A DNA stretch of 64,000 nt from the NCBI GenBank assembly GCA_026395295.1, contig JAPLYZ010000007.1, positions 370 through 64,369 of the forward strand, read 5' to 3'. Each line of letters begins with the position of its first letter. The first letter of the stretch is position 1. This document shows, one piece after another, positions 29,909 through 38,390 of the stretch. Position numbers and translations under genes: made by a program. The DNA is from Candidatus Staskawiczbacteria bacterium (lineage in GTDB: Bacteria > Patescibacteriota > Minisyncoccia > Minisyncoccales > Staskawiczbacteraceae). Below the pieces are notes generated by a model, which did not search any database, was not told the origin of the DNA, and worked only from the letters and a program-made list of their open reading frames with translations.

Positions 29909-29935
29909 CTGGATTCCCGCTTTCGCGGGAATGAC
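29909..29935. repeat. GC-rich hairpin mini-element, copy 2 (ctggattcccgctttcgcgggaatgac)
   Basis: Its reverse complement gtcattcccgcgaaagcgggaatccag aligns with copy 1 at both ends (gtcat.cccg......cggg.atccag). Confidence 0.8.
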
Positions 29936-29945
29936 ATAATAAAAA

Positions 29946-30455
29946 CTATGACTCCTGAATTATATTTCTGAGGTCTTTTAGTCCCCGGTGTAACATTACT
30001 CTCACAGTGCCCTCTGGTTTATTCAATAGTTCGGCTATACTGGCAACTGGCATATCTTCCAAATAATGCCAAATTATTATGTCCTGGTGGTCTTTGTTCT
30101 CCAATTTTTGTATAGCCTTTCTAACAATATTAATATCGGCGCTTAAAATTGCCTTATCTTGGGCAGTTGTTCCTGGGTCAACTATTTCCGGGCTGGCATC
30201 AACTGACACAAGCTTTGTCCTACCCTTGCCCCTATAGTGGTCTACAACCGCGTTCCTAGCTATTTGATATAAGAATGCCCCTGGGTTTTTTACTTCGGAA
30301 TTAGGGCTCTGAAACGCTTCCCAGCCCCTTAAAAACACCTTAGATGTTATATCTTCGGCCGTTTCTTGAGAATCTACTTTCAAATAGACAAACCTGTATA
30401 TTTTATCAATATACTGGTCGTAAATCTGGCTAAATTGTTCGCTTAAGTTATCCAT
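29946..30455 (-). CDS. ECF-type RNA polymerase sigma-70 family factor
   Basis: 169-aa ORF. Region 2 (FLYQIARNAVVDHYR) and region 4 HTH (IAELLNKPEGTVRVMLHRGLKDLR). Confidence 0.85.
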   Translation of the reverse strand: MDNLSEQFSQIYDQYIDKIYRFVYLKVDSQETAEDITSKVFLRGWEAFQSPNSEVKNPGAFLYQIARNAVVDHYRGKGRTKLVSVDASPEIVDPGTTAQDKAILSADINIVRKAIQKLENKDHQDIIIWHYLEDMPVASIAELLNKPEGTVRVMLHRGLKDLRNIIQES

Positions 30456-30504
30456 CTATCAAGGCTTAATAATATAACAAAAACCTCATAAAGTCAATCA
30501 TTTT

Positions 30505-30558
30505 GATAGGACAAATATCCGATCAACAAATGTCCTATCAACAAACACTTTGTCCTAC
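30505..30558. promoter_or_regulatory. Operator-like repeats upstream of the sigma gene
   Basis: gataggaca (30505..30513) and tgtcctatc (30531..30539) form a 9-bp inverted repeat with a 17-nt spacer. A third half-site ttgtcctac lies at 30550..30558, and atcaacaaa occurs twice. Confidence 0.4.
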
Positions 30559-30562
30559 CTGT

Positions 30563-31195
30563 TTATCTTATATCGCTACGCAAGCTATAAAAAACCTGAT
30601 TAAAATCACCAGATCTCACTATTTTTCCAGTCTCTAATAACCCATCTAAATCCCTTCTTATGGTTCTTTTAGTAATATCTGGTAATATTGTTTGTAAATC
30701 CATAACTTGCGCCTTATCGTTCTTGCTTAAAAATTCGAGGATTTGCTTTTGCCGGTCGGAAGCATCAAAGTTATCAGAAGTTAATTTTTCTACGACGTTA
30801 TCTAATGTTGGTTCTCTTATTTCTTGTGTGCCTTCTTTTGGTCTCAACGCATTATCTATGCCGGGCAATTTCTGGGTTGATTCTATCACCGGCGCAAGTT
30901 CCCTTTTTATTTTTTCGTATTCGTTGGCAATAATTAAAAAATTAACCGAATTCAACCAACCCTGTGATTTCCCTATCCAAAAATAGCCTAAAAGAATCTC
31001 TATGTCTTCTAAAAGTTGAACCTTTGTCTTCTCGTTTTGAAAAGACATCCAGCCGCTGTTCTGGTTTATCAAAACCAAATGATCCATTATGGCCAAAGCT
31101 TTGTCTTTTGCTCTGTGCTTTAATGGGTCTGATTCCGGGAAAAAATCCAGCACCTTATAAACCGTATTTGTTAATTTTAAATATTTGTTTTCCAT
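30563..31195 (-). CDS. DeoR-type HTH transcriptional regulator with N-terminal helical domain
   Basis: 210-aa ORF. C-terminal DRQKQILEFLSKNDKAQVMDLQTILPDITKRTIRRDLDGLLETGKIVR is a DeoR-type winged HTH. Confidence 0.6.
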   Translation of the reverse strand: MENKYLKLTNTVYKVLDFFPESDPLKHRAKDKALAIMDHLVLINQNSGWMSFQNEKTKVQLLEDIEILLGYFWIGKSQGWLNSVNFLIIANEYEKIKRELAPVIESTQKLPGIDNALRPKEGTQEIREPTLDNVVEKLTSDNFDASDRQKQILEFLSKNDKAQVMDLQTILPDITKRTIRRDLDGLLETGKIVRSGDFNQVFYSLRSDIR

Positions 31196-31203
31196 GTTCC
31201 TAA

Positions 31204-31232
31204 AATTTAACAGGAAAAAAACTAAAAGTCAA
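31204..31232 (-). promoter_or_regulatory. Sigma-70-like promoter for 30563..31195
   Basis: Minus strand TTGACT (31232..31227), 17 nt spacer, TAAATT (31209..31204). Confidence 0.45.
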
Positions 31233-31262
31233 AATTATTGACGTTTAGTAAGTATATCACAA

Positions 31263-32357
31263 TTACTTCTGATTAGCGAACTGTCCGCATGCGGCCTGTA
31301 TGTCGTCGCCAAATCTATACCTTTGAGAAAAATTTATTTTTGCTCTTTTTAGTATATTCTTAAAACTTTCTACTCTTTTTGTGCCGGACGGTTCAAAACT
31401 TCCCGTTTTGTTATACAAAATTAAGTTAACAAAATATAATTTCTTTACCCTGAGCGGAGTCGAAGGGTTGTCCATCAATTTTGCCAGTTCTCTGGCGCAC
31501 TCGTCCGAATCATTAACATTTTTGATTAACACATACTCAAACATAACTTTCCTCCCGGTTTTTTTAATATAGACATCAACTGCTTTTAGAACAGCTTCCA
31601 ACGGATATTTTTTGCTTATGGGCATAAGCTCTGAACGCAATTTATTATTTGGCGCATGCAAAGAAATTGCTAAGTTAAGTTGCAAACCTTCTTTAGAAAA
31701 TTTTTCAATGCCCCCAATAATTCCCGATGTCGAAACAGAAATTGACCTGGCGCCTATGTTAAAGCATGCTTTGTTGTTCAAAATTCTTATTGATTTTAAA
31801 ACATTGTCATAATTCAAAAATGGCTCGCCCATTCCCATATAAGTCACGTTAGTAATTTTATTATTTTTTAGTCCTGTGGTTCGGACTACGGGACTGTTTT
31901 GCAAATAACGCTCAAAAAATAAAACCTGCTCTAAAATTTCATTTGCAGACAAATTTCTTTTAAAACCCATTTTACCCGTGGCGCAAAACAAACACCCCAA
32001 CGGACAACCAACCTGCGAAGAAACGCAAACTGTATTTCTGGCATCTTCATGCCTCATCAAAACAGTTTCAACCATTAAGCCGTCCTTCAAGGTTATTCTG
32101 GCTTTTATGCTGTTTGAGCCAATTACGCCAACTTCTGCGACCGCATAATTTGGCGTATCCATATTTTTTTTGGAAAACAAAACGTCCGCTTCAATTTCAA
32201 GCGGGCATTCTTTGTTCAGTTTATCCCTTAAATCTTTTGAAAAAAAGGTTGCTTCCGACCAATCAGAAATAAAATTTTTCAAAACCGCCTCTTTTGCTTG
32301 CTTTAGGCGGTACTTCGGCTCATTCTCCAAAACTCTTTCTAAGTTGTTTATATCCAT
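31263..32357 (-). CDS. rlmN: 23S rRNA/tRNA adenine-C2 methyltransferase, radical SAM
   Basis: 364-aa ORF. CVSSQVGCPLGCLFCATG (CxxxCxxC), MGMGEP, and ISLHAPNNKLRSELMP. Confidence 0.85.
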   Translation of the reverse strand: MDINNLERVLENEPKYRLKQAKEAVLKNFISDWSEATFFSKDLRDKLNKECPLEIEADVLFSKKNMDTPNYAVAEVGVIGSNSIKARITLKDGLMVETVLMRHEDARNTVCVSSQVGCPLGCLFCATGKMGFKRNLSANEILEQVLFFERYLQNSPVVRTTGLKNNKITNVTYMGMGEPFLNYDNVLKSIRILNNKACFNIGARSISVSTSGIIGGIEKFSKEGLQLNLAISLHAPNNKLRSELMPISKKYPLEAVLKAVDVYIKKTGRKVMFEYVLIKNVNDSDECARELAKLMDNPSTPLRVKKLYFVNLILYNKTGSFEPSGTKRVESFKNILKRAKINFSQRYRFGDDIQAACGQFANQK

Positions 32358-32390
32358 AGGTTATTTCTACTATTTTTTATGAAATTTTGC

Positions 32391-32421
32391 AAAAAAAAAT
32401 GGCCGAGAACTTGTCTCGACC
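32391..32421 (-). terminator. Rho-independent terminator of 32440..33156
   Basis: Minus strand ggtcgaga-caagt-tctcggcc (8-bp stem including one G-U) followed by a TTTTTTTTT run. Confidence 0.75.
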
Positions 32422-32439
32422 TTGCGCCGTTGCTCAAGC

Positions 32440-33156
32440 TTAGAGCGCGCCCTTGAAGTCCGCCAACTGCTTTGCCCAAACCTTGAAAAGCGTCGGTTGA
32501 AATTGCTCTGGCAGGTAAAACTGGGTCTGTCCCTGCGCCTTGACAGAGGAACGCGGGTCAAAGGGCGACGCCGAAGAACATTCAAGCGCCAGCCAACTTA
32601 GTTTGCCGACGCTGAACTCCTCAAACAGTTGCGCCAAACTGCGCATTCCGCCCAAGCCGAGTTCCTGCCAGTAAACGGTCCCTTGACCGTCTCTCGCAAT
32701 CCTTTGGATAATTTGGTTAACTGAGGGGGCAACTTCAACAACAGCTTGGAAAACCTGGAGCTTAGAAGATATCTCCTCGGAATAAGGAGTAAATACAACA
32801 CCCCTTTCTGCCAGCTTGATGCATCCACCGACTCTTAGATTCAGAATAAATTCACGGTCTGTTTCATAACGGTGAAATTGCTGGCTGTTTTCTTTCCGCC
32901 CTTGGTGATAGAGAAGCGCTGTCGTTACGCTGTTATCTTCTTCCACGAAAGAGAATTCGCGTTTATGAAGCGCTTCCAAGAAATCTCCCTTGATTTCGTA
33001 ACCGCCGAAAGGCTTTGAGTGCCAATAGACGCCATCATTTTGCCCGACCTCAATGCCTAAATGAGTAAAAACCCTGGTAACCAAGTCCTGCTCGCTGATC
33101 AACTCTTTGTTGACCAGCTTCACCGCCTCCGCTAACTGTTCTTCATTGTATGTCAT
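32440..33156 (-). CDS. Hypothetical protein (GC-rich orphan gene)
   Basis: 238-aa ORF with no motif I recognise. Hand count 29/60 G+C at 32461-32520. It has its own promoter, a GGAAGAGG Shine-Dalgarno and a terminator. Confidence 0.6.
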   Translation of the reverse strand: MTYNEEQLAEAVKLVNKELISEQDLVTRVFTHLGIEVGQNDGVYWHSKPFGGYEIKGDFLEALHKREFSFVEEDNSVTTALLYHQGRKENSQQFHRYETDREFILNLRVGGCIKLAERGVVFTPYSEEISSKLQVFQAVVEVAPSVNQIIQRIARDGQGTVYWQELGLGGMRSLAQLFEEFSVGKLSWLALECSSASPFDPRSSVKAQGQTQFYLPEQFQPTLFKVWAKQLADFKGAL

Positions 33157-33216
33157 AAAACACCTCTTCCATTTCTATTGTTTTTGTTGTCTCTATTTGT
33201 GAATGAGCCTAATTGC

Positions 33217-33245
33217 ATACTAACAAGCCCAATTAAGATTGTCAA
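33217..33245 (-). promoter_or_regulatory. Sigma-70-like promoter for 32440..33156
   Basis: Minus strand TTGACA (33245..33240), 17 nt spacer, TAGTAT (33222..33217). Confidence 0.5.
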
Positions 33246-33247
33246 GT

Positions 33248-34960
33248 TTAATCGGCCGGAACAACTGGAATTGCGCAGTCGGTTATGCTTTTATCGGTTT
33301 CGAAAATATCTTTTATTTCGCTGTTGGAAAAAGTGTTTGAATTTAAAATTGGGGTTGGGCAGACTATTGCCGAGGTGTCGGGCTTAATCCACTCGTCCTC
33401 ATAAATTCCGTATGGCTGGTCTTGAAAACTTGAGTTGTTAATTGTCGGGCTTCCTCCTTGCACGAAAACAGCTTTGCCAGGAGTAATTCCGTATATTTGC
33501 GTTCTGTGGTCAAGAAATTTCACATTATCAACCACTGACGAAGAGTTTTGCAACCAAACGCCGTTGTTCTTGTTGTGCTGAATAATTGAATTTTTTAATA
33601 AAATTGACGACTGGTCAACTCTAATGGCAGCGCCAAAACTTCGACCATCTGCATAAAAAGCTCCGCTCAAATTCACATCAACACTCTCCAAATCCGAATC
33701 TTTGCTGGTTTCCAAAAACCACAAACCATTCCAGCCACCGGGCAAAATCCAATCTCTGTCGTAATAATATGACCGAAAAATAATAGGTTTGTCGGAAGTC
33801 CCCACTGCTTTAAGAGTTCCTCCAATCTGCAAACCATCCCAATTGTCCTGAAACGCCATTATAACCCCAGGCTTTAAGGTCAAAGTCATTCCTTCCGGAA
33901 CCACCATTATTTTATCAAAAAGATAAGGCAAATCTGGCTCTAAAATCGTATCTTTTTCCATGTCGGCCCTGACCCAAATAGCAGCGATAGTTCCCAAAGC
34001 ATCGGCGTCTCCCAAAATCTTATTACCTGAGAACGACGGTCCGTTAAAAGTATTTAAAATAACAGGGTGCCAATTATTTTCAAAATTATTATTCTGCACA
34101 TTGACATCTGCTTCGCCCGTGCCAATTGAACCCAGCTCAATAAAAACGCCGTAATTGTTGTCTTTAAAATAATTGTCTGTGATTTGGACATTTCCGCCAA
34201 TAGCATGAATCGCAACGGCGTTAAAATCGCTCCACATATCAACTCTCTGCTGGTTTAAAAATCGGCTATTAGCAATAACCGCCAAAGAATTCAGCAAATA
34301 CAACCCACGGTTCAAGTTTTTTTCAAAGATAGAATTTTTAATTGAAATTGAAGATTGCTCAACTTTCACAGCCGCGCCTTGGGGCAAATAGGCTCCGCCA
34401 TATCTGAAGACAGCGTCCTCAAATTCAGAGCCGGAACTATTATTGGTAAAATTTATCACCCTCCATTCGCCATCGCTTGGAGATGACAAACTCCCATCTC
34501 CATTAGTATCGCCACCATATTCATCATCTGAAAATGATGTAAAAACAATTTTGTCGGCATCTGTTCCTATTGCTTTTACTGTTCCTGCAACATTTAAGTT
34601 TGATCCTGTGTCAAAAAACTTTATTACAACGCCTGGCTCAATGGTCAAAGTAACCCCCTCTGAAACAGAGATATTATTCTTAAACAAATATGGACTTAAC
34701 GACTTCTTCAGTATCGTGTCTTGCGTAAAACTAAAATTATCAAAAAGATAAAACCTTGGCGTTGGAGCTTTGGGAGTCGGCGCGTTAAAAATCTGAAAAT
34801 CAACTGAGTTGTTGTTTGTGTCCTGCGGACTATCGTAATTCAAATTCCACTTTCTTTGAATGCTCTGGCCTGCCGGCGGATTCTGCGCGGTTGCCTTTTC
34901 AAAATCTTTAGCCAAACCAAAACCAACTTTATCAACAATTATTCCCTGAGGATTTTTCAA
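33248..34960 (-). CDS. Right-handed beta-helix repeat protein; probably the C-terminal part of the interrupted gene 35093..37435
   Basis: 570-aa ORF. It begins in the middle of a lamin-tail domain (KNPQGIIVDKVGFGLAKDFEKATAQNPPAGQSIQRK...NNNSVDFQIFNAPTPKAPT), then carries parallel beta-helix repeats (SISIKNSIFEKNLNRGLYL; VQITDNYFKDNNYGVFI; SILLKNSIIQHNKNNGVWL). Confidence 0.7.
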   Translation of the reverse strand: MKNPQGIIVDKVGFGLAKDFEKATAQNPPAGQSIQRKWNLNYDSPQDTNNNSVDFQIFNAPTPKAPTPRFYLFDNFSFTQDTILKKSLSPYLFKNNISVSEGVTLTIEPGVVIKFFDTGSNLNVAGTVKAIGTDADKIVFTSFSDDEYGGDTNGDGSLSSPSDGEWRVINFTNNSSGSEFEDAVFRYGGAYLPQGAAVKVEQSSISIKNSIFEKNLNRGLYLLNSLAVIANSRFLNQQRVDMWSDFNAVAIHAIGGNVQITDNYFKDNNYGVFIELGSIGTGEADVNVQNNNFENNWHPVILNTFNGPSFSGNKILGDADALGTIAAIWVRADMEKDTILEPDLPYLFDKIMVVPEGMTLTLKPGVIMAFQDNWDGLQIGGTLKAVGTSDKPIIFRSYYYDRDWILPGGWNGLWFLETSKDSDLESVDVNLSGAFYADGRSFGAAIRVDQSSILLKNSIIQHNKNNGVWLQNSSSVVDNVKFLDHRTQIYGITPGKAVFVQGGSPTINNSSFQDQPYGIYEDEWIKPDTSAIVCPTPILNSNTFSNSEIKDIFETDKSITDCAIPVVPAD

Positions 34961-35092
34961 GGCCAGTGAATTGTCATTAGTAAGAGTTATGTCTGATAAA
35001 ATATCAGAATTAGCAAATTCTCTTGAAATAAGAAAATAACTATGCGCTGGTATTATTTTATCCTTAAAATTAGTTGACGAAACAAAAGCGCC

Positions 35093-35095
35093 CTA
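35093..35095 (-). other. In-frame TAG interrupting a lamin-tail domain
   Basis: Minus strand reads ...aga aaa aaa cag aac gac gcg tct TAG ggc gct ttt gtt tcg tca.... The frame stays open for 44 more codons down to the ATG at 34960. Confidence 0.9.
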
Positions 35096-37435
35096 AGACG
35101 CGTCGTTCTGTTTTTTTCTTTGCAGATACCAGCCGGTTAGGTCTACGTCTGTGGAATTGGGATTATAAAGTTCAACAAATCTCTGCCCAATTGGATCTAT
35201 TTGCACTTCATTTATCAGAATCTTCTGAACTAAACTTATTTTTGTTGTTGTTGGTGTTGCAGGCAACCAGTCGCTTGTATTTCCTGCCGTGTCGGTTGCT
35301 TGTAGTTGAAAATTATATATCTTTCCGTCCTGACCTATAAAATTTTTGGCAAGGTTAGCGGACACCGGGTTTCCGCTAACTTCCACCAACTCGTCTGCCT
35401 GCCAAGCGCCTCCATCTTCTTGCCACCTAAATACATAACTATCAACTCCCGATGGCGAAACCGCGCCGACAACCGGGTCTGTTATTGTAAAATTAATTGA
35501 AAAATTAGTTTCTGTTTGCGCTGGCTCTAAAGAAAAGATAATCTGTGGGGCACTTGTATCTTTTGGCTCCGGCGGAACATATGTAATATTTTGCGCTTTT
35601 GGGGTTGGAATTTGCAACTCAAAGTCATTTGAATTATTATCTGTATCCTGTTCCGCTCCATCAGTTGAAGTTTTCCTGCCAATGCTCTGGCCCGACCCGG
35701 GATTTTGCACGGATAATAATTCCGGATCAGAGGCGCTCCCAAATCCTAACTTATCAGAAATTTCTCCGCTAGGATTTTTTAAGGCAAAAGAGTTATCGCT
35801 TGTAATAGGATTGTCGGTAAAAACATCCGCCAGCCCCAAAAAATATCCTGTTCGGGCAATTAAAAAATACCCATTCGCGGATATTTTTTTTCCTGAAAAT
35901 AAATTATTAGAAACGTATGTTGACCAGCTTGAGCTACTGGCTGTTTTCCTTTGCAAATACCAATTAGTCAGATCAATTTCTTGGTTATTAGGATTGTATA
36001 ATTCCACAAACTCTTCCTTTGAGTCTGACACGCCGGCTGCTCCTACTTCAGAAATTAAAATTTTAGGATAAACTGTCTCGCTCACCCCTCCGCCGCCTGT
36101 ATTGCCTGCTGAATTGTTTACAACTTGATTATCGCTTTGATTATCATCTTGATTATTCTGTAATGTCAAATTTTGTTCAAAAGTATTCGGGATATTTTGA
36201 TTTTGGTTTTGACTTTCAAGATTTATATCATCTGGATTTTGGTTCTGGCTATTGGAATTTCTTTGTTGTTGCAGAGTCAAAATTTCCTGTCTTATAATAT
36301 CTATTTTCTCCTGAATATCGTCTAACAAATCCTGCCTGTTTTGTTCTGTTACTAAGCTCACGTCGTACCCGCCAATTCCGCCGTCATCAGTTGTGATGCC
36401 AATAACTTCCCCTGCTGGCGGATCTTCCTCGGAAGTTTGTTGCTGAGGCTGACTATTCTCCAGACTCGTCAAGACCGGAGCCGAAACCAAAGAAGCTCCC
36501 GAAAAATCATTCCTATGAAAAATTTGAACAATATCAGAACCAACTTCCTGCCCGAAATTATAAACTCCTTTGAATAAAGAGCCAACTAAATTCATTGTCT
36601 GGGGAGAAAAACCTGTTGTGCAGTATTGGCCATAATCTTTAACATTGTCTGCCAAGTAATACCCCTCATTTGTGATCCAATAAACAATGTCTTGTTTCGG
36701 CTGAACAAAACACTCGGTTTTGTCTTTTGTTGCGGTTAATCCATTTAGCCTTTTGTTCATGTCTGTAACTATCCTGTCAGGAGCTTGGACTAAATAAACA
36801 TCGCTTAAAGAATGTCCGCCAATTAAGCTTGCGTCCTCTTCTTTTGAAAGTTTTAAGTTAATGTTTGGAGGCAAAGGTTGCCTGGCAGAACCTAAGGCGG
36901 TCAAATTCTTAACAATTGCGTTGACAACCTTATCAGTGCTGGAAGTTAAATACCCGTCGTTGCCCGCCACTCGGTCAGCAGGGGTGGCAATATTATAAAC
37001 AGCAATAGAATTTTTATCTACGCCATGGTTAACTAAATAGTCATAAGCTGCGTTTGTGTAAAAAGTCCCTTGCGAATGTCCAACCAGCAAAATTTTCTGA
37101 GTTTTCAAGTCAGTATGCGCCTGGCGCAAAATGTTTGTTAAATCATAGTCTAAATATCCGCCCATATATGCCTGAACCGACGCGTCAATCATATCAGCCA
37201 GCCCGCTAATATGCGAAGGATTATAACCAGTTGTGAACGCTACGTCTTTATCATTTCCGTAATTATCATATAAAAATTCCAGTTTTTCCGTATTTTTTTT
37301 CGCATCAGCCTCGCTGAAAGTAAGCATACCATTCACGAAAAAAACTGTTGTCCCGGATTTATTACAATCAGCAAAAACAAATATTGGCGCTCCGAGCGAC
37401 AAAAAAATAATTAAAAGAAAAATAATAAACTTCAT
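35093..37435 (-). CDS. Secreted alpha/beta-hydrolase (GHSQG lipase/esterase motif) + Q/N-rich linker + lamin-tail domain + Ig-like domain + start of a second lamin-tail domain
   Basis: 780-aa ORF. Signal peptide MKFIIFLLIIFLSLGAPIFVFA; ILLVGHSQGTF; LTD signature EFVELYNPNNQEIDLTNWYL, repeated at the C-terminus (RFVELYNPNSTDVDLTGWYLQRKK) just before the stop. Confidence 0.7.
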   Translation of the reverse strand: MKFIIFLLIIFLSLGAPIFVFADCNKSGTTVFFVNGMLTFSEADAKKNTEKLEFLYDNYGNDKDVAFTTGYNPSHISGLADMIDASVQAYMGGYLDYDLTNILRQAHTDLKTQKILLVGHSQGTFYTNAAYDYLVNHGVDKNSIAVYNIATPADRVAGNDGYLTSSTDKVVNAIVKNLTALGSARQPLPPNINLKLSKEEDASLIGGHSLSDVYLVQAPDRIVTDMNKRLNGLTATKDKTECFVQPKQDIVYWITNEGYYLADNVKDYGQYCTTGFSPQTMNLVGSLFKGVYNFGQEVGSDIVQIFHRNDFSGASLVSAPVLTSLENSQPQQQTSEEDPPAGEVIGITTDDGGIGGYDVSLVTEQNRQDLLDDIQEKIDIIRQEILTLQQQRNSNSQNQNPDDINLESQNQNQNIPNTFEQNLTLQNNQDDNQSDNQVVNNSAGNTGGGGVSETVYPKILISEVGAAGVSDSKEEFVELYNPNNQEIDLTNWYLQRKTASSSSWSTYVSNNLFSGKKISANGYFLIARTGYFLGLADVFTDNPITSDNSFALKNPSGEISDKLGFGSASDPELLSVQNPGSGQSIGRKTSTDGAEQDTDNNSNDFELQIPTPKAQNITYVPPEPKDTSAPQIIFSLEPAQTETNFSINFTITDPVVGAVSPSGVDSYVFRWQEDGGAWQADELVEVSGNPVSANLAKNFIGQDGKIYNFQLQATDTAGNTSDWLPATPTTTKISLVQKILINEVQIDPIGQRFVELYNPNSTDVDLTGWYLQRKKQNDAS

Positions 37436-37441
37436 ATCAAT

Positions 37442-38239
37442 TTAGAATGCGATGTCGCATTTATTGCCAGATAACGACGAGTAGCTTGTCATATATTTTT
37501 TATATGCATCTGAATATGTTTTCTTCCGCAAATCTGTATTCAGAACTAGATTGGTCACCTCCTTATCTTTTTGGTCCAAAATGGTGACTGCACTCAGAGC
37601 CGCCATAGATTCACTCATAATCGAAAGACCGAAACATTGATATGCCGATCCTTCTTTTTGCATCGCTGGGACTAATGTCTCTGAGTTAGAAACCTGGGTT
37701 AATTCCAGTTGCAAGGCTTGGGCGTATTGGAGCTCGGCGGCGCGGATTTTGGCTGAATCAGGATATTTTTTGAAAATTGCCAGCTCAACGTCATCGCGAA
37801 TATAGTTTTTATTGGTATCAATGCCAGCAAGCGTTGAGTCATTAAGTTTTTGGTCGGGCGCAGGCGGTAAATTTTTGCCCATCACGTCGTCCATTGTAAT
37901 TTTTTGCGAGTTTATAAAATCAATGGCTCTTTGAGTCCTCTCTTTTTCAGCAATGTGCCACATTCCAAAAATCCAAAACGCAACATACAAAATAAAAATA
38001 ATCGCACAAAAAACAAACAAAATTTTCCAGGGCTTGGCAAACTTAGGGTGTTTTTCAATAAAATTTTTCTTAAAAAATATGGCAAAAATTGTTGGCAGGG
38101 TTATAAAAATCCAAATAAAAATCCCAATTCCTAATTGAGTTTTGTTTTGGACAAAAAATATACCTCCTGAAAGATACGCAACCAAGCCAAGAACAATAAT
38201 TCTAGCTATCAACGCCAAACTTTTTGTAAAAATATTCAT
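37442..38239 (-). CDS. Hypothetical membrane protein
   Basis: 265-aa ORF. Three N-terminal hydrophobic helices followed by a soluble domain. No recognised motif. Confidence 0.55.
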   Translation of the reverse strand: MNIFTKSLALIARIIVLGLVAYLSGGIFFVQNKTQLGIGIFIWIFITLPTIFAIFFKKNFIEKHPKFAKPWKILFVFCAIIFILYVAFWIFGMWHIAEKERTQRAIDFINSQKITMDDVMGKNLPPAPDQKLNDSTLAGIDTNKNYIRDDVELAIFKKYPDSAKIRAAELQYAQALQLELTQVSNSETLVPAMQKEGSAYQCFGLSIMSESMAALSAVTILDQKDKEVTNLVLNTDLRKKTYSDAYKKYMTSYSSLSGNKCDIAF

Positions 38240-38346
38240 GAAATAAAACTACTGGCCCTGTCGGGGCATTAATTTTGATTGCAATAGTTCTATAATTATA
38301 CAATTTTGTAAAAATACGTGTCAAATGCCACCTGATTTTATTTGGA

Positions 38347-38377
38347 TAAAAAAAGCTCGCGGTGTGTTATCGCGAGC
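38347..38377 (-). terminator. Rho-independent terminator of 38391..38888
   Basis: Minus strand gctcgcg-ataacacac-cgcgagc followed by TTTTTTT. Confidence 0.75.
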
Positions 38378-38390
38378 GCTAACTGTGACC

